From IMG/VR virus record IMGVR_UViG_3300028592_000015, positions 1 through 52,514 of that record: 52,514 bases of DNA; one strand, written 5' to 3'. Source of the stretch: a virus (Duplodnaviria > Caudoviricetes). The notes beneath the pieces are model-generated. The model worked only from the letters and a program-made list of their open reading frames with translations, was not told where the DNA came from and searched no databases. Position 1 is the stretch's first letter, and the number at the start of each line of letters is the position of its first letter. This document shows, one piece after another, positions 17,492 through 26,337 of the stretch. The position numbers and the translations under genes were made by a program.

Positions 17492-19317
17492 GCCACTGCC
17501 CTCTCAACCCGGCGCTCGGCGACAGGCTTCGCCGCGTCGGCCATGATGGCGCGCACCTCTGCCTTCATCATCGAGACCGACACGGCGTTGCCAATCTGCT
17601 TGATCTTGTCGGTCTTGGTGCCAGCGAACTCGTACTGTTGGTCCTCGTCGTTGAAGCCCATGGCCGATGCCAGCTCGTGGGGCTCGAACATGCGGAACAG
17701 GATGTCGAAGGCGGGACCGGCTTGGGCTAAGTCCACATGTCCAGTCGCGGCAATGGTCGGCACCGGCTGTTCTATATCGTGGGTGCGTGGTGGGTGGCCG
17801 GGCCGTTCGCCGTGCTGGGCGGTGATGAAGGCCAGTTCGCCGCGGTTGGCGCCTGTGATGGTTGGTAGTGGTTCGAGAGCATCGGCAGCCCGGTCCAGGC
17901 CGCCTTCGTGCGTCACCGGCAGCACGACCGCATATTCCCCGCCTTTCGCTGTGGTGATCACCGGCAAAGGCTCGGCGATATCCCGCGCGCCGTTCCCGCC
18001 CTGTGTGTGGGTGACCGGCACCACCATGCCGAACCGACCTTTGGAGGTGATGGTGGGCAGCGGCTGCTCGGAGGACGTGAGCGTCTCGCCAGAGCCGGTC
18101 CCGTAGTAGGGAGAGACGAGCGCATGGGCTCCGTCGGTCGGCGCAGTCGGAATGGGCTCGGAGACTTGGCGCGGAACACCGCCGGCACCCTGAGAGAGAA
18201 CGAACGGCTCAACCAACGCGAAGTGCTGGCCACCGGCCGTTATGGCGGGGATCGGCTCTTGCAAGCTTCGCGGGCGAGCCCCTGTGATTTCTTCCCCCTG
18301 TTTCCTCAGGGTCAGCACGACAGGCTCCACCAAGATCGGTCTGGCACAGCCGGGATGATCTTCGGCAGCCGCTCCGCCAGTCGTGATGGTTGGGAGCGGG
18401 TCGGCGACGCTCCGTGCGGCGCCGCTGTTGTGCTGAGACAGCACCAACGGCTCTCCCCTTACTGCCCGATAGCTGGTGGTGATGGTCGGCACGTCAATGC
18501 CCAGGCCGGTCATGTAGGCGGCCAGCGTATCGATGTAGCCCTGCGGCCAGCCGTATTTGACGATGCCGGCATAGATCCGGATGAGCGTCTTGGCGGCCAG
18601 CGGCTTCTTGCGGGTGTAGATCGACCGGCCCTTGATCTTCCAATCGATAATCTCCGCCGCGGCGCGCCAGGGGCGAACGTCGGCGAACTGCAGGACATTG
18701 CCCTCGCTGCGCTTGGCATGCGTCAGCGGCGCCCAGCCGAGGAGCTTCTTGTCGGAGCGGGCCTTGAGGATGAAGCGCGACCTGGTCGTGGCGTCCCCGT
18801 AGTTGGCCGCGTTGAGCTTTCGCCACTCAGGCTCGAAGCCCAGGCGCCGGATCGTGTCGATCCACGCCATGAAGTATTCGCCCTTGCGGGACTTCACCGG
18901 CTTTCCGGTACGGACGTCCACCGGACCCCAGCCGACGAATTCCCAGACGTTCTCGATGATCAGGCGTTTCACCCGCAGCTCGGTCAGCCAGGTGATGATA
19001 TGCCAAGGGTCGGACCGCTGCTGGTCCGATGTCGGCTTGCCGCCGCGGGCCACGGAATGGTGAGTGCAGGTTGGCGATGCCATCAGGAGGTCGAGATAGC
19101 CTTCTGGCACCAACAGATGCGGGCGCACCGTGGCGATGTCCTGGACGAAGTGCCGGGCCTCGGGATGGTTCATCGTGTGGGTTTCGATGGCCGTGGGCCA
19201 GTGGTTGACGCACACCAGGTCCATTTCCAGACCCAGGTCGCGCAGCGCGCGCATCGCTCCGGTGGACGAACCGCCGGCTCCGCAGAGCAAATCGGCAACA
19301 AGCATCTTCTTGGCCAT
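17488..19317 (-). CDS. DNA cytosine-5 methyltransferase with internal repeats
   Basis: DLLCGAGG, SPTC, ENV, RxR, QIGNAV; start at MAKKML. Confidence 0.93.
   Translation of the reverse strand: MAKKMLVADLLCGAGGSSTGAMRALRDLGLEMDLVCVNHWPTAIETHTMNHPEARHFVQDIATVRPHLLVPEGYLDLLMASPTCTHHSVARGGKPTSDQQRSDPWHIITWLTELRVKRLIIENVWEFVGWGPVDVRTGKPVKSRKGEYFMAWIDTIRRLGFEPEWRKLNAANYGDATTRSRFILKARSDKKLLGWAPLTHAKRSEGNVLQFADVRPWRAAAEIIDWKIKGRSIYTRKKPLAAKTLIRIYAGIVKYGWPQGYIDTLAAYMTGLGIDVPTITTSYRAVRGEPLVLSQHNSGAARSVADPLPTITTGGAAAEDHPGCARPILVEPVVLTLRKQGEEITGARPRSLQEPIPAITAGGQHFALVEPFVLSQGAGGVPRQVSEPIPTAPTDGAHALVSPYYGTGSGETLTSSEQPLPTITSKGRFGMVVPVTHTQGGNGARDIAEPLPVITTAKGGEYAVVLPVTHEGGLDRAADALEPLPTITGANRGELAFITAQHGERPGHPPRTHDIEQPVPTIAATGHVDLAQAGPAFDILFRMFEPHELASAMGFNDEDQQYEFAGTKTDKIKQIGNAVSVSMMKAEVRAIMADAAKPVAERRVERAVA
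17725..18453 (-). repeat. About seven 30-39 aa tandem peptide repeats in the MTase variable region
   Basis: Recurring cores DPLPTITT, EPIPAITA, EPIPTAPT, QPLPTITS, EPLPVITT, EPLPTITG, QPVPTIAA. Confidence 0.8.
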
Positions 19318-19319
19318 GG

Positions 19320-19853
19320 CTATGCCCTTGCCTTCTTGGGTTGATGGAATGCGAGTTCGGGAAGCTGCTGGGAGGCCATATGCGTCCAGAGGCAAATCGC
19401 GTCGCACCGGTCGGCCTGAAGCTCTTCCATGGTCAGGAAGCTGCGGTTCAGCACTTCGGCCATGACCGCATCCTTGGCCTCGCCGCTGGGAAACGTGCCC
19501 CGCCCGGTGAAGGACTTGCGCGCAGTACTCGACGCGATGAGGTGCGCCCTTCCCGGCAGTCTTGCCTTCACCACGGCTCTCAGGACGGCCTGTAAGCCAA
19601 CCAGCATGGTTTGGGATGCGGGGTTGGTGTAACCGCCGCCGCTGGCCTTTATCGGGGCCTCGATGGCCACGATGGCGGGGTTGAGGACGCGCATCTGGTC
19701 GTTGAGCCAGGTCATGCCGCGCATGAAGACTTCGTCCTCTGGCGCGTCGTCCTTGCGCCACTCGACGAAGCCGCTGATGGGCGTGTCGCCTGGAATGCCG
19801 AAACACCAGCCCGTGCACTTGCCGCTGACATCGAGGGCGAGGATCGAGCGCAT
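19320..19853 (-). CDS. RuvC-like Holliday junction resolvase
   Basis: ILALD..TGW, VAIEAP, D..DA acidic motifs. Confidence 0.8.
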   Translation of the reverse strand: MRSILALDVSGKCTGWCFGIPGDTPISGFVEWRKDDAPEDEVFMRGMTWLNDQMRVLNPAIVAIEAPIKASGGGYTNPASQTMLVGLQAVLRAVVKARLPGRAHLIASSTARKSFTGRGTFPSGEAKDAVMAEVLNRSFLTMEELQADRCDAICLWTHMASQQLPELAFHQPKKARA

Positions 19854-19855
19854 GG

Positions 19856-20335
19856 TCAGTTGACCGTCCCGCCGGTGAGTTCGTCGAGAGCCTTGCCGCC
19901 CTCTTCCTGCTCTTCGTCGGTGACCTTCTGGATTGCTTCGATGCGCTCACGGTTGGCGCGCTCGGCAAACGTCTCTTCGACGCCTTCCGGCACCTCGCCC
20001 GGCGGCAGCCAATTGTACTGGCCCGAAACATCGGCCCAGAGCTCGATCTTGGTATCGGGCATCGACGCGGCGCGCTTCTGCTTCTGCTCGAAATACTTCC
20101 GGTCCTCGGCGCGTTCGGCGAGCTTGGCCTTGAACACTTCGAGGTCCATGCCGAGTTCCTGGCACAGCATCTTGATCTTGCGCTTGGCCTTCTCACGGAT
20201 TTCGGCGGCGGCTTGGCGGTGCTTGTCGCGTTCCGCTCCAGCCTCATCGACCGTGATTTCCTCGACTTCTTCGAGGGCCTGGATCCAGTCGGAGTCGTCC
20301 GCGCTGTTCTGCAATTGTGGGGCTGCCTTGCTCAT
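19856..20335 (-). CDS. Acidic coiled-coil protein, weakly GapR/DUF2312-like
   Basis: 'KMLCQELGMDLEVFKAKLAER' weakly resembles GapR-type helices. Confidence 0.45.
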   Translation of the reverse strand: MSKAAPQLQNSADDSDWIQALEEVEEITVDEAGAERDKHRQAAAEIREKAKRKIKMLCQELGMDLEVFKAKLAERAEDRKYFEQKQKRAASMPDTKIELWADVSGQYNWLPPGEVPEGVEETFAERANRERIEAIQKVTDEEQEEGGKALDELTGGTVN

Positions 20336-20511
20336 GGCTTCACCCCGAGAAGAACAAGGGCGACGACGAACAGGGCGAATAGGGTCACTGCCAGCCATGA
20401 GGCCACGCGACGGTCTGCGGCTTCACGGATGCCGAAGTCGTCGGGCAATGAGATTGGAATGCGCTTGCGGATCGGCGCGTCTGGTGGGGCGTAGGATGGT
20501 GGTGGACGCAT
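20332..20511 (-). CDS. Small membrane protein (59 aa; not in ORF track)
   Basis: MRPPPSY...WLAVTLFALFVVALVLLGVKP; GGAG RBS; ATGA overlap with the next gene. Confidence 0.55.
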   Translation of the reverse strand: MRPPPSYAPPDAPIRKRIPISLPDDFGIREAADRRVASWLAVTLFALFVVALVLLGVKP

Positions 20512-20514
20512 GGT

Positions 20515-21648
20515 TCAAGCTCCGGTTGGGGTGAGTGTTGGGCGATCTGCGGTGAGCTGTTTGGCGGCCTTGAATGCAAAGGCGCGGCATGCGTCGGTGA
20601 CCGGCGCATTGCAGGCGGCATAGACTTGATCGACTGACCAGCCGTCGGGCGAGTGCCACATACCGACCGTTGCCCGTTCCTTGCCATCGACCTTGAGGAC
20701 GGCGTAGGAACCTCGGCTGGCGTCTCGCCAGTAGCTGCCGACGCAATGGTGTTGGGTGTCGCCCTCGACATTGATGGCAAGCGGCGAGGTCAGGAGGTTG
20801 GCCTGCAGCCCGTCGGCGTCGAAAACCCACGGCTGGGTGAAGTCCTCGGCGCTGAAAACCTTGAGGCGGCTTTCCAGCATCGCGGCGTCATGTTCGCGCT
20901 TGATGCGCGCCAGCCCCCACGACGGGTTGATTTGGCCGATCATGCGGCGGGCATCACGAATGATGTGAGTGGTTTCCAGCAGGCTTCTGGCATTGCTGCG
21001 CGGGGCCAAACGGGCGGCATCGAGAGCGTTTTCGTCCAGCCACATGAAGCCGCCCAGAAGGCCGGACCTCACCTCAAGCAGTTTGACGAAATTGTCCTTC
21101 CACTCGACGCCATTCGCGACGGAAACTTTCTCCACGGTCTGCATGATCCGCATGTTGCGGGTGCGGCTGTTGTGGGCGATGCGCCGCCAAGCGGCTGGAC
21201 CAATCTCGCGACGGATGGCAGAAGGGGATGCCTGGAAAACGACGATGGCCGGGATCAGGTGGTAGAGGCCATCAACCTCGGCTTCCTTGATGTAGGGCAG
21301 CACCTGATTTGCGCGATACACCAGTTCCGGCGAATACAGGCGCCAACCTACCGCTCCGCTTTTGCGAAGCAGGTTCCCGGTGATCCGAGACATGCGGTTG
21401 CCGATCCACATGTAGAAGTTCGCGGCCTGAAACCGACGATTGAACTTTGGACCGAGCTGCGCACAGTAAAAGGCGTTGAGCGCCTTCACGTCGCCCGTCA
21501 TCGGCCGATCAACGATCTGCTCTTTGATGCGAGTTTCCCACTCGGGGATATGCGCCAGGAATGGGCGATCAAATACCTTCGCGCCTACGGTGATCGTCAT
21601 CGTGGCCGGGTCTTCGATGATCTCGTGTATGGCGGTTGGCTTGCTCAT
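20515..21648 (-). CDS. PcfJ-like domain protein
   Basis: C-terminal EGxxQHHCVGSY...RATV...Q...CN. Confidence 0.75.
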   Translation of the reverse strand: MSKPTAIHEIIEDPATMTITVGAKVFDRPFLAHIPEWETRIKEQIVDRPMTGDVKALNAFYCAQLGPKFNRRFQAANFYMWIGNRMSRITGNLLRKSGAVGWRLYSPELVYRANQVLPYIKEAEVDGLYHLIPAIVVFQASPSAIRREIGPAAWRRIAHNSRTRNMRIMQTVEKVSVANGVEWKDNFVKLLEVRSGLLGGFMWLDENALDAARLAPRSNARSLLETTHIIRDARRMIGQINPSWGLARIKREHDAAMLESRLKVFSAEDFTQPWVFDADGLQANLLTSPLAINVEGDTQHHCVGSYWRDASRGSYAVLKVDGKERATVGMWHSPDGWSVDQVYAACNAPVTDACRAFAFKAAKQLTADRPTLTPTGA

Positions 21649-21974
21649 GCCGCCCACCGATCTACGGCTTCGGCGCTACCTGGAGAGCAGTCTCGTGGGT
21701 CGCCAGAGCGGGTGCCGGACATGATGCGGTTGTCGTTGGCGCTCATGGTGCGGCTGCGAGCCCGAGCCCAGTCCATGTGGCGGCTGTCGACGGTGCGGTC
21801 GTCGTCGTCCAGTGCGTACCACCAGTCCTTGACGGTCCCTGCCCCGACTTCCTTGCCGCTCTCGCGGGTGATGCGGCTGGCGATGTAGCCAACCTGACCG
21901 GCCAGTTTGAGATGCGGGACGGCTGCCTTGGCGATGCGCTTGATGATGTCGCGGAGTTCGGCGCGCGGGGTCAT
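21645..21974 (-). CDS. Hypothetical, CII-like position
   Basis: 'TVKDWWY' HTH-like segment, downstream of cro. Confidence 0.5.
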   Translation of the reverse strand: MTPRAELRDIIKRIAKAAVPHLKLAGQVGYIASRITRESGKEVGAGTVKDWWYALDDDDRTVDSRHMDWARARSRTMSANDNRIMSGTRSGDPRDCSPGSAEAVDRWAA

Positions 21975-22600
21975 GACTGACCACCTACGCGGTCGAGACG
22001 GTCAATCTCGGCGACTATCAGCGCGCCTGCCTTCACGAGGTTCCGACGTCGGTCGGTGGGCTTCCACCACTTTGCATCCCACGGCCATTGCATTGCTGCA
22101 TGGCCGGGATATCCGCTGTCGTGCAGCGCGTAGGAGGCGGCAGCTCTAGCTATCTCGCCTTCGCTGTGTTGGTCGTCGTGTTCGACGGTCCAGCCTTCCT
22201 CGTCGATCTGCCGGCGCCGCTCTTCGAGCACATCAACCATGCCTTGAGAGTCATCGCGGCCGCCATTCCGATTGATGCGGTCCTGCAGCAGTTCGAGAGC
22301 GTCATCCACGCGACCCTTTTCGAGCAGAACTTCGACTAGGCGATAGTCGCGAATTAGCTCTGGCACCGTGAAGGCGCGACTGTTCCATTTGGAAACGAGC
22401 TCGTCGCGATACTCGTCTTCGAGCTCGATACCGCAACCGTCGCAGCGGAGGTGATACCAAGTCTCACACTCGCCTGCGGGGTATTGATCGTCCGCCGGAT
22501 ACTCCTCGACGGTCTTTCGCATGGTGGGAGTACCGCCGCAGAACGGGCAATCATCGAAGTCGTCGTTCCGTTCTGCGCTCTCAGCGATGTTTTCCGACAT
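21971..22600 (-). CDS. Lar-like Zn-ribbon fused to a conserved phage ERRRQ..HDD domain
   Basis: CPFCGG...CDGCG...WNSR, then ERRRQIDEEGWTVEHDDQH...WPW..WWKP..RRNLVKAGALIVAEIDRLDR. Confidence 0.7.
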   Translation of the reverse strand: MSENIAESAERNDDFDDCPFCGGTPTMRKTVEEYPADDQYPAGECETWYHLRCDGCGIELEDEYRDELVSKWNSRAFTVPELIRDYRLVEVLLEKGRVDDALELLQDRINRNGGRDDSQGMVDVLEERRRQIDEEGWTVEHDDQHSEGEIARAAASYALHDSGYPGHAAMQWPWDAKWWKPTDRRRNLVKAGALIVAEIDRLDRVGGQS

Positions 22601-22681
22601 GTCAGATCATCCTTCAGGCAATAGCTTCGCCATCGGCGCTCAAGGCGCGGGAGATGGCTGTGATGGGAAAATCGGTAGGCG

Positions 22682-22933
22682 TTATGCTGCTGCGGGCTCT
22701 ACCGAGGCCGGACGCGGTACATGCGAAGGCCACTCAAGCGTTTCCGGCCAATTCGCCGAAAACCAACCCATAGCCTTCTCGAAGTTCCGGGTGTTCAGGT
22801 CGCCGCCGTCGATGATGGCGGCAAGACGACCGCCCCCGTTGAACAGCTTCGTGCTGACAGTGGCCAACGCTGTGCCTGTTGCCTTGGCATATGCCTGGGC
22901 TACGACGGACAGTTGCTCGGTCAGTGGAAGCAT
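22682..22933 (-). CDS. Cro-like regulator
   Basis: Divergent from cI; 'TVSTKLFNGGGRL...WFSANWP..LEWP'. Confidence 0.75.
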   Translation of the reverse strand: MLPLTEQLSVVAQAYAKATGTALATVSTKLFNGGGRLAAIIDGGDLNTRNFEKAMGWFSANWPETLEWPSHVPRPASVEPAAA

Positions 22934-22974
22934 TCTGGTATCACCGTAACTGCAAAGCAGGATCGTTACGACAC

Positions 22975-23018
22975 ACAATGCGGATTGTATTCCGCATTGT
23001 CAACGGCTTTCTATCCGA
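22975..23018. promoter_or_regulatory. OR operators and PR promoter
   Basis: ACAATGCGGA-ttgtat-TCCGCATTGT (22975-23000); degenerate ACGGC-tttcta-TCCGA (23003-23018); minus-strand TTGACA-N17-CATTGT. Confidence 0.8.
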
Positions 23019-23052
23019 TTTTGCGGAATGTACGGACAGGCTACGTTAAAGC

Positions 23053-23829
23053 ATGTCGGAATTTGATCCCCATACCCTTGCCGGCCGCATCGAGCGGCGC
23101 CTTGAAGTCGTTGGGCTTTCACCCTCAGCCGCGTCCGAAAAGGCGATGGGCGATGGCAAGCGCGATGCGATCCGAAAAATCTATGACAAGGCCAAAAAGA
23201 ACGAGCCGTTTAGCCCGCGCATGGACACGATACGCGCGCTGGCGAAGGTACTGCGCACGACCGCATCATGGCTGACCGACGAGGTCGGTCCCGAGGAACT
23301 GCCGGATGGCAATGGTCATCTGGAGGGCCCGGGCGTGCCCCATGACGGCCCCAAGCCGACATATGCCGGCAACGTGCAGGCGGGCATGTTCCGGGCCGTT
23401 GATGAGTATTTCAACCAAGACCCCGAGGACGTGCCCGATTACGTGCTCATGGTCCCGAAATACAACCGGGTCCGCCAATACGTCTGGCGGTCTCTTGGGG
23501 ATTCAATGGACGAGGCCGGCATCCTCGACGGCATGTGGGTGGTGGGCGCGGATGCTGCCGACTACATCGACACCTATGGCGATATCGTCACAGGGGATCT
23601 CGTCGTGGTCGAGCGCGTTCGCTACCAGGGCTCCGAGCGAGAATTGACCGTCAAGGAAGTGCACTTCTTCCGGGACCGGTATGAGCTGCGCCCCGTCAGC
23701 AGCAATAAGGATCACACCCCCATTGTCGTCCAGCATGACCACTCGGTGAACGGTGACGACGAAGAAGTAAAAATCATCGGCGTCGTGCTCACTGCTTACG
23801 CCAATCTCCGGAGAACGCCTGGACGATGA
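23053..23829 (+). CDS. CI-like repressor (HTH + S24 peptidase)
   Basis: N-terminal HTH, VQAG cleavage-like site, GDSMD Ser, TVK Lys. Confidence 0.9.
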   Translation: MSEFDPHTLAGRIERRLEVVGLSPSAASEKAMGDGKRDAIRKIYDKAKKNEPFSPRMDTIRALAKVLRTTASWLTDEVGPEELPDGNGHLEGPGVPHDGPKPTYAGNVQAGMFRAVDEYFNQDPEDVPDYVLMVPKYNRVRQYVWRSLGDSMDEAGILDGMWVVGADAADYIDTYGDIVTGDLVVVERVRYQGSERELTVKEVHFFRDRYELRPVSSNKDHTPIVVQHDHSVNGDDEEVKIIGVVLTAYANLRRTPGR

Positions 23830-24170
23830 AGCGTTTGATTTTCTTGACGCTATGCGCGCTTTCCGGACCGGCAATGGCTCTGGAGCCGAACGACGTGCAG
23901 AAATGCTGGAACATCATGCCGACGCAAATTGGCATCGGCGCAGAGGTTGAAATCGACATCGTTCTGGCCGCTGATGGCAGTGTCTCGAAGGCAGAGATCA
24001 CCAGGTATTCGCCGGACAACGATCTGGGCTACGACTTGGCGCGCGGAGCCTATCGGGCCGTGATCGCTTGCTCCCCTTATGTAGACTCTGAAGCCGGGCC
24101 CGTTTCCCTCCGTCTCGTGGTTGATGAGCAAGAGGCGCCGGCGAGCATTCCGCTTCCCGGCTCTCAATGA
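23826..24170 (+). CDS. Secreted TolA/TonB C-terminal-like domain protein
   Basis: Signal peptide (AMA), then VQKCWN...VEIDIVLAADGSV...ARGAYRAVIACSPY. Confidence 0.65.
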   Translation: MKRLIFLTLCALSGPAMALEPNDVQKCWNIMPTQIGIGAEVEIDIVLAADGSVSKAEITRYSPDNDLGYDLARGAYRAVIACSPYVDSEAGPVSLRLVVDEQEAPASIPLPGSQ

Positions 24171-24619
24171 CACCCGGCGACCGCCTTCGGCAGGCAAGAT
24201 TGCTGGCTGGCTTCAAGTCAGCCACGAAGGCTGCTGCTGCGGCTGGTATGTCCGAATCGTCTTATCGGGCGCACGAGAATGGGCAGAACGCATTCACCCC
24301 AGAGCAGGCCCAGCACTATGCCTCAGTATTCGGCTGCGATCCGGTATGGTTGCTAATCGGCCCGTATGCCGAGGTGGACGATGATGGGCCGGCGGAAACG
24401 ATCGCGGCCGTCACGCTGTCCAGTTCGGCCATTCTCGCCGCCTTGGTGCAGTCCTTGCACGACAAGGGTGTCCTGAGTGGGGAGGAGACGGTTGAGTTAT
24501 ACGAAACTGCCCTCCTGCTGCTGGAACAGCAACAAGCGATGGCCGATGCGACGCCCGGCCTTGGCCGGATAATGGATATGGCGCGAGAGCTGATCGAAAA
24601 ACACCTGAGGCCCGAATGA
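24167..24619 (+). CDS. XRE-family HTH protein
   Basis: RLRQAR...SSYRAHENG...WLLIG. Confidence 0.85.
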   Translation: MTPGDRLRQARLLAGFKSATKAAAAAGMSESSYRAHENGQNAFTPEQAQHYASVFGCDPVWLLIGPYAEVDDDGPAETIAAVTLSSSAILAALVQSLHDKGVLSGEETVELYETALLLLEQQQAMADATPGLGRIMDMARELIEKHLRPE

Positions 24620-24870
24620 GCCAGCAACCACCCACTAAGCTCATCGTATATTTGGCGTTCGTGCGCAACGACGAAGGCGAGCTGCAGCCAGCCTTCGAGG
24701 CGCGCGAAGCTCAGTCCGAAGCCGCCGCGAAACAGCAGGCGCGCGTCCTGTGGTCATCCGGGAAGTATGTCGGCGCGATCGCTTGGTGGCGATCCGCAGA
24801 CCTAGTGAATGGTGAGTTTGGAGATCCGGTGGTGCTGTTCTCCGAGGGCGAAGTTCCCGAGATGGAGTGA
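24616..24870 (+). CDS. Hypothetical protein
   Basis: ATGA-coupled 84 aa ORF. Confidence 0.65.
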   Translation: MSQQPPTKLIVYLAFVRNDEGELQPAFEAREAQSEAAAKQQARVLWSSGKYVGAIAWWRSADLVNGEFGDPVVLFSEGEVPEME

Positions 24871-24876
24871 TCAGTT

Positions 24877-25956
24877 CTAGGTTTGAAGAAGATTCACGAA
24901 GTCCACAGGGTCATTGAAATAGTTCCTGTAGGCACTACGAAGCTGCTTCGGCTCGCCGGTCACATACACCGCATTGATACTCCGACCGCTAGCTTCCAAC
25001 TGGCTCGCTCGCGCGATTGCCTCCTCTGAGTTCCGAAACACTTCAACGTCCAGCGAATATCCGCCTGCATCGTTCGCCACGATGTTGAGAACGTTGTGCT
25101 TGCGCAACTTGTCGAACTCGTCGAACTCCCGCATTGCGCCGAGACGCTGCAGAATTCCAAGTTCGTCTTCCAATCGCGCGAACCGCGCCTCCAGATCGTC
25201 GGTCGTCACATCCGCATAAGCGCGGGTTATCCCCTCGTGCCGGCGCGCAATGATTTCGCTGGCCATTGCGAAGAAAACACCACGAGCATCATCCCCGTGG
25301 CCAAATTTGGTGCGCTGCCGATCCATGATGTCGGAGATTTCAAGAGCGGTCGCCCAAGCGTGCTGCGCACGAGTTCGGTATTGAACCTCGACCATAAGAC
25401 CGTGCCAAGGTTCGGAAGTTTTGTCCCCAGATCGATGTGGTCGAGGATGGTGCAGAAAGACGTCGTGAACGCCCCGATAGCCAGTAGCCTTGGGATGTTC
25501 GATGTAGTTGTACTTATCGAGATCTTCGTGCTTGAGCTTGTGGTTCACGTTGCTCAACGACCTGCTAGAGAGCAGCTCACTACGGAACGAGTTGAGATCG
25601 TTGATGTCCTCGAAGATAAGCCTGCAGCCTGCAAAGTCCTGCATGGTGGTCACGTCTCTAATGAGAGGAGTGCCATCAGGCTTCGTTCTCTGAAGCTTGT
25701 CTATAACCGTGTTGCGGCGTTTCAGCCGCTGGGCGAATTCTGCGCGGATAGGTGAATTGTCGATTCGGCGCCGAAACCAGACCTTGAAAGTGTTCAAGAC
25801 ATAGCTGTGAGCAGCCCTCCATTGATCGACCAGGTCGTAGTCTTCTTGGGTTGCTCGCCCCTCTGCTACAGCTCGGCCAGCATTCCGGACCTGTGTCTTT
25901 GAAGAGGGTGGTTCGCTGAAGGACAATGGAGTGTTCTCCGATATTTTCGGCAACAC
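24877..25956 (-). CDS. RelA/SpoT-domain small alarmone synthetase, CapRel-like fused toxin-antitoxin
   Basis: RLKR..TVIDKL, QDFAGCR, GYRGVH, EVQYRT..QHAWA; C-terminal AYRNYF (YxxY); probable GTG start with GAGG RBS. Confidence 0.85.
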   Translation of the reverse strand: MLPKISENTPLSFSEPPSSKTQVRNAGRAVAEGRATQEDYDLVDQWRAAHSYVLNTFKVWFRRRIDNSPIRAEFAQRLKRRNTVIDKLQRTKPDGTPLIRDVTTMQDFAGCRLIFEDINDLNSFRSELLSSRSLSNVNHKLKHEDLDKYNYIEHPKATGYRGVHDVFLHHPRPHRSGDKTSEPWHGLMVEVQYRTRAQHAWATALEISDIMDRQRTKFGHGDDARGVFFAMASEIIARRHEGITRAYADVTTDDLEARFARLEDELGILQRLGAMREFDEFDKLRKHNVLNIVANDAGGYSLDVEVFRNSEEAIARASQLEASGRSINAVYVTGEPKQLRSAYRNYFNDPVDFVNLLQT

Positions 25957-26030
25957 TTCTAACCTCGCTTGAGTGCACGCGCCAGCGGAGTCATTCCATC
26001 TCAATCTCGCGCGTATTGCCCTATTGATAC

Positions 26031-26136
26031 ATCCAGCGCCTGGATAGTTCAGTGTGATTGAACCACTGAACCTGAGGCAGCGCCGCTAGGCGCGGCTGCC
26101 TCTCTGTCCAGGCCGATAGAACCGAAGCATCGGTTC
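26031..26136. other. Nested inverted-repeat (three-way junction) element, possible ncRNA or leader
   Basis: GCCTGGA/TCCAGGC enclosing TTCAGTG/CACTGAA and GAGGCAGC/GCTGCCTC; then GAACCGA/TCGGTTC. Confidence 0.45.
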
Positions 26137-26220
26137 GTGCCGTGATATCCCCTCAACCACGACATCTTACTCCATAACCGCGTGTATGCGCGCGCAGGAA
26201 AGGTTCGTCAAGAACTTTAT

Positions 26221-26272
26221 GCGGATTTCATTCCGCTTTTGTGTTGACGCGGATTTTGATCCGCATTACGTT
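26221..26272 (+). promoter_or_regulatory. OL operators and PL promoter
   Basis: GCGGA-N6-TCCGC at 26221-26236 and 26249-26264; TTGACG-N17-TACGTT (26244-26272). Confidence 0.82.
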
Positions 26273-26337
26273 CACTCCATCAGCCGAGGACGAAGAAGCG
26301 CAAGCCGATCTCCTCGATACCCCGATGGAGACCGATC

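Noticed and set aside
19318-20247. 919-aa version of the C5-MTase
   Set aside because: The extension overlaps the RuvC-like and upstream genes; MTase motif I begins just after MAKKML
26038-26113. Hammerhead ribozyme
   Set aside because: The junction lacks CUGANGA and GAAA cores on both strands
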